Virus record (IMG/VR): IMGVR_UViG_3300020375_000001
Location: 143,749 to 207,748 of that record
DNA: 64,000 nucleotides
From: a virus
Taxonomy: Duplodnaviria; Caudoviricetes
Strand: one strand, 5' to 3'
In this document: in pieces, positions 49,763 through 58,539 of the stretch
Layout: the number at the start of each line of letters is the position of its first letter
How positions within the stretch are numbered: the stretch's first letter is position 1
Notes under the pieces: generated by a model
The model's database searches: none
What the model was told of the DNA's origin: nothing
Seen by the model: the letters and a program-made list of their open reading frames with translations, nothing else
Program-made: the position numbers and the translations under genes

Positions 49763-51298
49763 TTGACTAGTCACTATCAATACCCATACGACCCAACGGG
49801 AGAAAATCCCTTAAATGTCGTTACGGATTTACCACATCCGCTTACCCCCGTACAAGGTAAGGGTTATTCTTTAATCGTTCCTAAAGCTGGTCCATTCTTT
49901 AAGAAAGATTTCAAACTTGTACACAAGACAAGTGGTGCAGTACTTACTCCAGACGTGGATTATGTATTTACTCACTTGGTGTTGGATTTATCACAAGCGT
50001 TACAGAAACATATCTATGGCTCCGTAACTGTTGTTAACCAACGTTTTATGGGCGAGGTTGTCCCAATCTATCGCACCGTTGGCGGTGAGCTTGCATTGGA
50101 TGATAACCACTTTGCAGAATATGCCATCCATTTGCTAGAAGCAGATGGTGCGTATCCCTGGGATAAATTAAAGAACATCCCAACCGAGTTTCCAGTAGAT
50201 GGTCACAAAGTACCTATCGAAACTACAGCCGGTTACGATGACCTTGTTGCAGCCGTTAAAGGGTTAGGTACTAGCGGCGACCACATGCATGACATTCAGA
50301 ACATCCGTCACTTAGATGACAGACTTAGAAATAAGTTGGATGCCAATGGAAGTTATAAGGTATTGTCGAATGCCAAGCTGCATGTTCAAAACGTATTTAC
50401 TGGCACCATCCAGTGTCGCTTACCAAAGGTAAAAACACGTTGTTTGATTAGGGCCAAACTTCAAATCACTGACGGTAGTCTAATTAAGACACTCGAAGTA
50501 TCTGGTGAAGTGAAGCCCTACAATGACGGTGTTATACCAGAGCAATGGGCGGCACAACGCATTACCCCTTCCTACACATGTTGGAACGGTGATGTGTATC
50601 TGAGTTACGACAGTGAACACTACCCTACGGTATTTCTTGGTAACAACGAAGAATGGAACAATGCACATATTGCCATCATCGAATATTTCACGGTTAACCC
50701 AGATGAAATTGAAGGTGAGCTAAGTCCTTTCCGTGTTAGTATTGCCTCTTCCTTCGCTGGTCTGCAGTACACCAATACCAATGACGCCGGTTTAATCATG
50801 ACGCCGCAGGATACTGTCGGTGAATTGTCTAACGTCGTTAATCGTCGTTACTACGGGGTTATGCCAGAAGGTATCTACTACGGATTTAGTATTGTACAAA
50901 CCGAAGTGGATAAGATACGTGTTGGTAATGTCACCGAGCGTAGCTCAGCCGTTATCTACGAGGGTGAAGAGTCGGCCACCGTTGTGCTTAATAAGCAGGC
51001 ACAAATTCTAACCGTCGCCAATCCTCAGTTTAGCGCAATCGTCCTCGAACTTGTTCCACTTGGGCAGGTTGGTGACCCACGCTTTAAGGTGGATTTACCT
51101 GACAGGGAAGCGCAGATTCGATTGGTGGATACCAATGCCGTCACTGACAACATGTTGGTTATTGGTGAAATTAACTGGCCACATGGTGACCCAGAATTGA
51201 CGGTAGACCACTTGTCGTACAACAATCGTCAGAACGCCCAATGGGATGCAGGTGTTATTACGCCGATAACTTCGGATGTGGTATATCAAGCCCCATAG
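49763..51298 (+). CDS. Baseplate/fibre-attachment protein (start moved to TTG 49763)
   Basis: GAGGAG SD; N-terminal YPYDPTGENPLN...IVPKAGPFF domain, paralogous to the N-terminus of 58540..62712. Confidence 0.7.
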   Translation: MTSHYQYPYDPTGENPLNVVTDLPHPLTPVQGKGYSLIVPKAGPFFKKDFKLVHKTSGAVLTPDVDYVFTHLVLDLSQALQKHIYGSVTVVNQRFMGEVVPIYRTVGGELALDDNHFAEYAIHLLEADGAYPWDKLKNIPTEFPVDGHKVPIETTAGYDDLVAAVKGLGTSGDHMHDIQNIRHLDDRLRNKLDANGSYKVLSNAKLHVQNVFTGTIQCRLPKVKTRCLIRAKLQITDGSLIKTLEVSGEVKPYNDGVIPEQWAAQRITPSYTCWNGDVYLSYDSEHYPTVFLGNNEEWNNAHIAIIEYFTVNPDEIEGELSPFRVSIASSFAGLQYTNTNDAGLIMTPQDTVGELSNVVNRRYYGVMPEGIYYGFSIVQTEVDKIRVGNVTERSSAVIYEGEESATVVLNKQAQILTVANPQFSAIVLELVPLGQVGDPRFKVDLPDREAQIRLVDTNAVTDNMLVIGEINWPHGDPELTVDHLSYNNRQNAQWDAGVITPITSDVVYQAP

Positions 51299-51460
51299 TA
51301 GTTTCTGAGCTTTTCTACACCTACTCTTATGTAGGGTGTTCCGTGGAAGTTTTTTGAAATGCACCCTATGTTTCCTTGTATACGGGGATTCTTCAAATGG
51401 GACTAGCAGGCCAAAGTCTTCCACAACCTTTATATTCCGGTAAACCTTAAGGAACCTCAA

Positions 51461-52549
51461 ATGACCGTACAAATTCGTGTTAAAACTGGTTTAGAAGCAA
51501 ACCGCCTGGCCTACACGCCCGCGCAAGGTGAACTTCTTGTAACAACTGACACCCAGAAGATTTACGTTGGTAACGGCGCTACTCCTGGTGGTGTTGGTGT
51601 TGGGGCCAGTTGTGAATTGGTAGCCGACGAAACAGCGATGCTTGCTTCAAAAGCAATGCCTGGAGACCTGGTATTCCGTTCAGACCTCGGCCACGTTTTC
51701 GTACTTGCGGGTGCAGACCCAACAGTAATTGGAAACTGGATTGATACTGACGTAACTGACGCTGCCGATGTCGGCCTTGACAAAGTTCAGAACTACGGTA
51801 TCAGTGACTCTGTTGATGAAAACGTTTCTAACCAGTACGCAAGCTCTAAAGCTGTGTATACGGCTAACCAACGTGCCATCGCTGCAGAAAACACTGCTAT
51901 CTCTTACGCTGACCAAGTTAAAGCTGACTTACTTGGTGGTGCACCAGATGCCGCTCTTGATACCCTTCTTGAGCTTGGCGCAGCCATCACAGACAATGAT
52001 TCAGAAATCGCTGCAATCACATCTACGCTGGCAAACAAACTGGACATCTCTGCGTTTGATGCTTTCGTAGCTCGTACCGATAACCCACATAGCGTAACTA
52101 AAGCGCAAGTGGGCCTTGACCTGGTTGAAAACTATGGTATCACTGATGCCATTGACCAAGACGTGTCAACTCTGTACGCATCTGCCAAAGCAGTTAAAAC
52201 TGCTTACGACCTTGCTGCACTTGCTCGCTCTGAATCACTTGATTCACAGCAGTTAGAAGGTAAGACCCTGGCAGAAGTTGTTGCTCAAGCACAAGCTGGT
52301 CTTGCAACTGATGCAAACCTGCAAGCTCACTTAAGCGACACCAACAACCCGCACAACGTAACTAAGGCACAAGTTGGCTTGGGTAACGTTGAAAACAAAT
52401 CGGTTGCTGAAATCTTAGCGTCTGACGCTGAGACAATGCTGGCTACTGATAAGTCACAGCGCGTTGCTACTACGCAATTCGTTGACGACAAGCTGGTTAA
52501 CGACAAGTACATCAAAGATGGCGACGTTATTGATGGGGGCACCTTCTAA
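51461..52549 (+). CDS. Tail/head fibre protein with MTD-N-like N-terminus and NPHxVTKAQVGL repeats
   Basis: GELLVTTDTQKIYVGNG; two NPH(S/N)VTKAQVGL repeats plus a DVGLDKVQNY variant; C-terminal IDGGTF. Confidence 0.8.
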   Translation: MTVQIRVKTGLEANRLAYTPAQGELLVTTDTQKIYVGNGATPGGVGVGASCELVADETAMLASKAMPGDLVFRSDLGHVFVLAGADPTVIGNWIDTDVTDAADVGLDKVQNYGISDSVDENVSNQYASSKAVYTANQRAIAAENTAISYADQVKADLLGGAPDAALDTLLELGAAITDNDSEIAAITSTLANKLDISAFDAFVARTDNPHSVTKAQVGLDLVENYGITDAIDQDVSTLYASAKAVKTAYDLAALARSESLDSQQLEGKTLAEVVAQAQAGLATDANLQAHLSDTNNPHNVTKAQVGLGNVENKSVAEILASDAETMLATDKSQRVATTQFVDDKLVNDKYIKDGDVIDGGTF

Positions 52550-52597
52550 CCATCCTTTAACGATTTATCGTTAATCGGTTAGATAGCCAAAAAAAAA

Positions 52598-52623
52598 CAG
52601 GGGACTTCGGTCCCCTTGTTTTT
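52598..52623 (+). terminator. Intrinsic terminator
   Basis: GGGGAC-ttcg-GTCCCC, then a T-tract and GCCG. Confidence 0.8.
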
Positions 52624-52681
52624 GCCGTCTAAATTATTTCGACGGACATAGGGGAGGAAACCCCCCCCCTGTATATGCTAC

Positions 52682-53299
52682 TTATAGCGTATCCATGTTG
52701 AATAGGATATTACAGATTTTCTTGGTCCACGTTTCACAACGGTCACCGCCAGCAGAGAGAAGTTCTTCAGGTAGATACCAGCCAAACCAATCCAGTTCAT
52801 CTTCTTCTTGGTTAGGGGCAATATCCTGCGCTTCCAGTTCAACTACTGTAACCAATGCGATGTACTGACGGTCAGTAATAGTCTCATCAGCAGCAATGGC
52901 TTGCTTCAAAGCGACTGCGCGTAATTGACGGGCACCCAATATAACTTCTTCTTCTACTTCACGTGCACTGGCTTCAGCCAGGGAACTAGGTAGGTCAACT
53001 ACTGACCCATCAAAGACCAAGTCGCTCACTTCAAAGTGACCACCAATACCCACGGTAATTTTACCACGTAGGGCTTCATGTTGATGGTCCATCTTACGGC
53101 TAAACGCTGCAACCTTACCACCACTAACGAAAACAGTCAGTGGAATAACTTTACGATAGTTGAAATCGTTAAGTAATGTGGCACGACGCTTCAGCACAAG
53201 TTCGTCGCTAAGGTCTGCCGGTAATTCCACTATCCCGTCAACACGGCTTTTGACTACGTGGGCAGGGATGGCTACAATGTGTTGTTGATGTTTCTTCAT
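52682..53299 (-). CDS. Nudix/MutT-family hydrolase (COG4112-like); start moved to 53299
   Basis: YRKVIP, ITVGIGGH, Nudix box AREVEEEV; GGAG SD. Confidence 0.75.
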   Translation of the reverse strand: MKKHQQHIVAIPAHVVKSRVDGIVELPADLSDELVLKRRATLLNDFNYRKVIPLTVFVSGGKVAAFSRKMDHQHEALRGKITVGIGGHFEVSDLVFDGSVVDLPSSLAEASAREVEEEVILGARQLRAVALKQAIAADETITDRQYIALVTVVELEAQDIAPNQEEDELDWFGWYLPEELLSAGGDRCETWTKKICNILFNMDTL

Positions 53300-53490
53300 T
53301 TGTTTCTCCGGATGTCGGTTATTGTCAATATGATTAAAAGGACAAATAAAAAATGACCCATCAAAAAAATACATGGTCAGCTAATAGCCAAAGTTTACAG
53401 GCTATCCTATGAGCGCCGTCTCCGGAGATAGCGCTGTAGGTGCATAGTGTACCCTTATTTTTTTTCGAAAAAAACCATGGAGAATCTCCA

Positions 53491-53853
53491 ATGATTGTTT
53501 TGGATATCATTACGTCAACCGAAGATGGACGTAATAACTTCATTCCAGAACCGGGCCAGTTTTTAGTCTGCACCGATTCAAAGAAGTTATACCTTGGTGA
53601 CGGTAAAACCGTTGGTGGTGTAGCCACTACCAAGAAAGCAGAACGCTTGAGTTCAGGTCTCGATGATTTAGGTCTACGGGAGACTCTGGAATCGCACTAC
53701 GTTATTACCATCCCCGATGAAAAGGCTACCAGCGAAACAGAAGGTACTTTGTTTTTGATTACTGATGAAACATCTAGTCACCCTCTTTACGGTGCCCCCA
53801 CTCTCCCCGATGCCAATGACCACGTTGTTGGCGACATCGTGTTCGTTTATTAA
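53491..53853 (+). CDS. Small fibre adaptor with MTD-N-like domain (start moved to 53491)
   Basis: PEPGQFLVCTDSKKLYLGDGKTVGG; C-terminal VGDIVFVY; GGAG SD. Confidence 0.7.
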   Translation: MIVLDIITSTEDGRNNFIPEPGQFLVCTDSKKLYLGDGKTVGGVATTKKAERLSSGLDDLGLRETLESHYVITIPDEKATSETEGTLFLITDETSSHPLYGAPTLPDANDHVVGDIVFVY

Positions 53854-53865
53854 GGAGTCTGTCTA

Positions 53866-56679
53866 ATGGAACAATTAGATGTTTTAATGCACGACCAGCA
53901 CTCCACACTACGTGTTCGCCAAATTGCTCAAAAGCAAACGGATGGTACGTGGCGCTCTTTGTACGCTCTTAACAACAACGTAACAATCGAGACGGCATGG
54001 AATACTGGTGTTACCACTCAAACTCAGTGGGGTACTATCTTTAACACATCACGCATGACAAACAGTGCTTTTGAGACTGGTAAAACGACTTCACAGTCAA
54101 CGACCACCAACTGGACGACGTCACGCACAACTGATGTATCACAGCTGACCGCTAAGTCTACCCAAACGGAATGGACTACTAGCCGCCAGACTGAGCATAC
54201 CACTGACCAGGCCACTAATACCAATTGGAACATCCAGACGCAGACAGTGTTTACAACTAACACATCTACGACTACCAATTGGACGTCTAGTCGACAAACG
54301 GATTATAATTATTCTAAGTCGACGACTACTCAGTGGACAACCGCTGCTGAAACTGAACTCGTTACTTCACATAACACGACAACTGAATGGACCACGTCCC
54401 ATTCGTCAAATACCATGTGGGCAACCAGTCACAGTACAGATTATTCTACCTCACATTCTACCACCACTACTTGGTCTACCTCTGACACTACTTCAAAGAG
54501 TACCACCACCCAGTGGACAACGGTTGTGAGCACGGATAAGACTACCTCGAAAAGTACCACTACTACGTGGACAACTGGTAACACGACTTTGAAGACAACG
54601 TCTACTAGTTGGGCAACTCTTCGTAGCACCAGTAATTCAACATCGAAGAGCACCACTACTACGTATAATACCTCGCATTCTACCAGTCATTCAACGGTAA
54701 CCAGTTACCTGACTGCAAAGACCACGTCGTATAATACCAGTAAGTCAACCACTACCAGTTACACGACAACTTTTGGCACAAGCCGTAGTACATCTACCAG
54801 CTGGAACACTAGTAAGTCAACCACAAAGACTGCGTCTAAGTCTACGACCACAAGTTACAATACTTCGTGGAATACGTCACGTGGCACATCCAAGTCAACC
54901 AGTTATTCTGGCGGTACGTCTAAGTCCACTACAACGACTTGGGGGACTTCTAAGACAAAGTCAACGTCACGTTCCACGTCAAAAACGAGGTCTACGTCTC
55001 GCTCAACTACCAAGTCTGCCAGTCGCACCACGTCATGGAGCACTAGCTATCAAACGGTAACTGGTGGGGCATTTGATGAAGGTCCGGTATCTCGAACTAC
55101 GACCAGAAGTACATCTGGTACAACAAGATGGAACTATTCGGCTACTACGTCATGGAGCACCGGGTATAGTAAAAATACTTCGTGGTCGACTGGATACACC
55201 GGTAACACTAGCCGTGGGACTACCACGTCGTATAATACGACTAAAGGTAAGACCACGTCGTATACAACAACGTTTTCGACCAGTAAAGGAACTTCGAAGT
55301 CAACCACTACTTCTTGGGGTTATTCTGCGACAACCACGTACGCCACCTCTAAGAATACAGTGACGTCGTTTAATACGTCTCGTGGCACATCCAAGTCAAC
55401 TACGACTACGTGGGGTACATCGCACAGTACTAATAAGAGTACTTCCCATAGCACCAGCACCGGCTATAGTACGGTGTATGCTACGGCACGTTCTACTAAC
55501 ACTGGTTGGACAACCACGTATAACACCAACGTATCGACCTCATCGTCGTTTTCAACGTCGTATACGACTAACTATAGTACTAGTAAGTCAACGACTACCC
55601 AGTGGACTACTACAGGTAATACCGATAAAGTAACGGGTCAGAGCACCACCACTTACTTTGGAACTACTTGGAGCACTAGTCAGTCTACTACGACTACGTA
55701 CTTGACGGCTAAAACCACAGAGTATCAAACCTCTTTTGGTACCATGACCTCGTATCAAACGTCGGCTTCGACGGCCACGTCATATACGACTATTCATGTA
55801 ACGGACCGTACGACCAGTCAGTCAACCAATACGGCGTGGACAATAAGTTCAACGACCAGCGTAGCCATGTCTACCCAGACTTCAACGGTATGGGGAACAC
55901 AGCGGTTAACGGATGAGGCGCGTAGTGCGTCTACTACTACCGCATGGACTACGTCCTACAGTACGGATGTATTGACTGATGCAACAACCACTTCCAGCTG
56001 GATGACCGATTTCCAACGTTCAACTGATGCATTAACTGGTCAGAGCACAACGACAGAATGGACTACGTCTGCGGGAACTCAGAGTGGTTGGGTAACGTCT
56101 TACTCGACTAGTCGCGCTACTGCTGCATTTACGCAGTCACAGTGGAGCACTACTCGTGACACTATTGCCACGGTAGGTGAACAAGTAACATCTGCAAGCA
56201 CCACATGGTTAACGTCTCACACAACAACCAGTTCTTTCACTACCTCAGGTGGACAGGCTCAGGTTAAAGATACTAGCTGGGAAACTTCAGCAAGTACTCT
56301 GACTGTGTGGACAACAACTACAGTAGTTGACGGTGTTACTAGTAACACTGACACGCTTCGCAGTACTAATACTGTTTGGTCTACAACGGTACAAACCACC
56401 ACTACAGTGGCTGGTGACCGTACTACGACTACAAGCTGGACTACGTCTTATACTACCAACGCGGAAGTAACGTATACCACTAACGCACAATACACCACTC
56501 AGTGGAGTACAGCGAGACAAACCGATGTGTTGAATGCAACTTCAATATTGACATCGACTCAATGGACCACTACTGATTATTACGGTGTAACGCGTCAGAC
56601 ATCACAAGTAGCATCGACTGCTTGGATTACTGGTTACGAACGTCAAACCACGTGGGTGACAAGCCGTACTACATCTTAA
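53866..56679 (+). CDS. Thr/Ser-rich fibre-like protein predicted to form a giant beta-hairpin (937 aa)
   Basis: AAGGAG SD; aromatic-x-Thr repeats; mirror complementarity around D404-E405 (i+j=809). Confidence 0.85.
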   Translation: MEQLDVLMHDQHSTLRVRQIAQKQTDGTWRSLYALNNNVTIETAWNTGVTTQTQWGTIFNTSRMTNSAFETGKTTSQSTTTNWTTSRTTDVSQLTAKSTQTEWTTSRQTEHTTDQATNTNWNIQTQTVFTTNTSTTTNWTSSRQTDYNYSKSTTTQWTTAAETELVTSHNTTTEWTTSHSSNTMWATSHSTDYSTSHSTTTTWSTSDTTSKSTTTQWTTVVSTDKTTSKSTTTTWTTGNTTLKTTSTSWATLRSTSNSTSKSTTTTYNTSHSTSHSTVTSYLTAKTTSYNTSKSTTTSYTTTFGTSRSTSTSWNTSKSTTKTASKSTTTSYNTSWNTSRGTSKSTSYSGGTSKSTTTTWGTSKTKSTSRSTSKTRSTSRSTTKSASRTTSWSTSYQTVTGGAFDEGPVSRTTTRSTSGTTRWNYSATTSWSTGYSKNTSWSTGYTGNTSRGTTTSYNTTKGKTTSYTTTFSTSKGTSKSTTTSWGYSATTTYATSKNTVTSFNTSRGTSKSTTTTWGTSHSTNKSTSHSTSTGYSTVYATARSTNTGWTTTYNTNVSTSSSFSTSYTTNYSTSKSTTTQWTTTGNTDKVTGQSTTTYFGTTWSTSQSTTTTYLTAKTTEYQTSFGTMTSYQTSASTATSYTTIHVTDRTTSQSTNTAWTISSTTSVAMSTQTSTVWGTQRLTDEARSASTTTAWTTSYSTDVLTDATTTSSWMTDFQRSTDALTGQSTTTEWTTSAGTQSGWVTSYSTSRATAAFTQSQWSTTRDTIATVGEQVTSASTTWLTSHTTTSSFTTSGGQAQVKDTSWETSASTLTVWTTTTVVDGVTSNTDTLRSTNTVWSTTVQTTTTVAGDRTTTTSWTTSYTTNAEVTYTTNAQYTTQWSTARQTDVLNATSILTSTQWTTTDYYGVTRQTSQVASTAWITGYERQTTWVTSRTTS

Positions 56680-56686
56680 TTGGTTA

Positions 56687-56708
56687 GGGGTTGGGTTTTC
56701 TCAACCCC
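56687..56708 (+). terminator. Stem-loop between the fibre gene and the enzyme genes (attenuator or stabiliser)
   Basis: GGGGTTGGG-tttt-CTCAACCCC followed by ACTTATTT. Confidence 0.55.
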
Positions 56709-57494
56709 ACTTATTTGAGGATGGTAATTTTGAATACTGTTAAACGTAGTAACTTTAAAGCCATTGAACAGGTATGTGCTGAACACGGGGTAAGGCTTGT
56801 TGCCAACCACAAAGCAAATACTGGTGTCTATGGTAAAGAAAAGGCACTAATCTACGGTGAGGTTCTAGGTGGGTTTATTTTAATTCCCTTTTCGGTGGGA
56901 CATCGCATTAAACATCTCAATGAGGTGTTGGATACTCCATCGGGCAGTGGGTTAGAGAAATTCTTACCGCAGCAAATGGAACCGCCGCGTAACAATAAAC
57001 TGATTGTTCTTTCAGAACTGTTGGTATTGGAGCGGACACCTAAGTGCTGCAATCAATTGGTGGACTGGGCTAGGGGAGAACCTTGTCAGGTAATCCTTGC
57101 TGAAGATACCCCACCAGAGTTGGTGTACGGTATGCGTGCAACAGGGGACAACTTTACCTTCCTACCCCATACGGTCGATAAGTCAGAACACTTGCGCAAT
57201 GCTAAATCGATATTGTGTAGTACTGACAGTGGGATGGCACTAGAGGCACTTTGGTACCATAAAGAGCTCTCCTTTATGAAAGAGGGCAAACCCCACGACA
57301 TCGGACCGTTTAGACTAATTAATGTTCTGCTGGCCAACAAGGCTAGTGTACGACGTAAACGTCTTGTCAATTTCTTAAATGCTAAGTCGGGCGGCTTCTT
57401 CCTACCTGGGAAAGATGGTCTGACTGAGCTCCGTACATTCTTAATATCTTACGAGGATAATCATGAAAAATTTACCAACGCACATCGCGCTTAA
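56691..57494 (+). CDS. KpsS/KpsC (Capsule_synth)-like glycosyltransferase-fold protein; true start probably ~56720-56730
   Basis: LRNAKSILCSTDSGMALEALWYHK resembles the T.NS..GLEAL..GKP motif; GAGG SD at 56717. Confidence 0.55.
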   Translation: MGFLNPTYLRMVILNTVKRSNFKAIEQVCAEHGVRLVANHKANTGVYGKEKALIYGEVLGGFILIPFSVGHRIKHLNEVLDTPSGSGLEKFLPQQMEPPRNNKLIVLSELLVLERTPKCCNQLVDWARGEPCQVILAEDTPPELVYGMRATGDNFTFLPHTVDKSEHLRNAKSILCSTDSGMALEALWYHKELSFMKEGKPHDIGPFRLINVLLANKASVRRKRLVNFLNAKSGGFFLPGKDGLTELRTFLISYEDNHEKFTNAHRA

Positions 57495-58422
57495 CATGAC
57501 CAGCGCATGTAACATGGATTGCTCGTACTGCTATCAGGATAAACTGAATTCTGGTAAACGTATGTCAATCGAAGTCGTTGACCAAGTGGTTGAGATGATT
57601 AACCAAACTGAAGGTCAGATGTTTGATGTAAGCTTCTTTGGTGGGGAACCTACTTTAGCGAGCCGAGCCATCGAGCACTTTATCTGTTCTGCTGACCTTG
57701 CACGCATTGAGTCTTTCAGCCTGACTACCAATGGTACCAACATCGACGTGGCAAACCGCGTTGCTCGTATGGGCTACGAGTTGTCTAACGGTCGTATCAT
57801 GACAAAGGTAATGGTTTCTAATAAAGAAGTCCGTGCCCCACATGAAGACTTGGACTTGGAAGTTATCTCCAGTTCTTACCGTTACATTATCGGTATCGAA
57901 GATTTGGATATCTTGAACGAGTCAGTGGTTAGTGAATTACTGGAAAGCGATTTCGCTGCTGTGGATTTCCGTTTTGACTATTATGTCAACTGGGAAGACG
58001 TTGAGCATAGTAAAGTTGCCCGCATTGTTGAAATGTTACGTAATTTCCAAAGCATGACCAACCGTGTAACTTTCAATCCACCAAAAATCTTTAAGCCGGT
58101 ACTTGCCAAGAAGTGTCCTGCCCCACACATGAGCATTGACACCAATGGTGATATCATGCCGTGTCACCGTATGTTCAACGCCACTCGTGGCATTGGTCAA
58201 GCGGTCGGTAACATCATGGTTGATATGGAACAGGCAGTTAAAAGCCTTGCTTCTTTCCATGGTGAGACCCATGTAAGCAGTAGTTGTATTGGGTTTAACG
58301 CTAACTTTGGTCAGGACAGCGATACGTTTGTATTGTCTCTGGGTACCACTGAAGCCGATGTCGACACTGACTACATGTTGGAAGGTGAACTACAGGCTGC
58401 TATCCAACAAAGTTGTCGATAA
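57463..58422 (+). CDS. Radical SAM enzyme with SPASM/Twitch-like C-terminal domain
   Basis: CNMDCSYC, FFGGEP, TTNG, CPAPHMSIDTNGDIMPCH...GNI; overlaps the upstream gene by 32 nt. Confidence 0.92.
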   Translation: MKNLPTHIALNMTSACNMDCSYCYQDKLNSGKRMSIEVVDQVVEMINQTEGQMFDVSFFGGEPTLASRAIEHFICSADLARIESFSLTTNGTNIDVANRVARMGYELSNGRIMTKVMVSNKEVRAPHEDLDLEVISSSYRYIIGIEDLDILNESVVSELLESDFAAVDFRFDYYVNWEDVEHSKVARIVEMLRNFQSMTNRVTFNPPKIFKPVLAKKCPAPHMSIDTNGDIMPCHRMFNATRGIGQAVGNIMVDMEQAVKSLASFHGETHVSSSCIGFNANFGQDSDTFVLSLGTTEADVDTDYMLEGELQAAIQQSCR

Positions 58423-58451
58423 GTTGTAATTCTAAAAATTACATTTATAGG

Positions 58452-58488
58452 GGGATGGGCCAAAGCGCCCATCCCTTTTATATGACCG
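58452..58488 (+). terminator. Intrinsic terminator
   Basis: GGGATGGGC-caaagc-GCCCATCCC-TTTT, then TATGACCG. Confidence 0.75.
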
Positions 58489-58539
58489 GACGCGGTTAAA
58501 TATAAAAGATTCTAGAATGTTTTATTAAGGATTCATCCA

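Noticed and set aside
51461-53853. Diversity-generating retroelement, suggested by the MTD-N-like domains
   Set aside because: No reverse transcriptase and no template/variable repeat pair are visible in the window.
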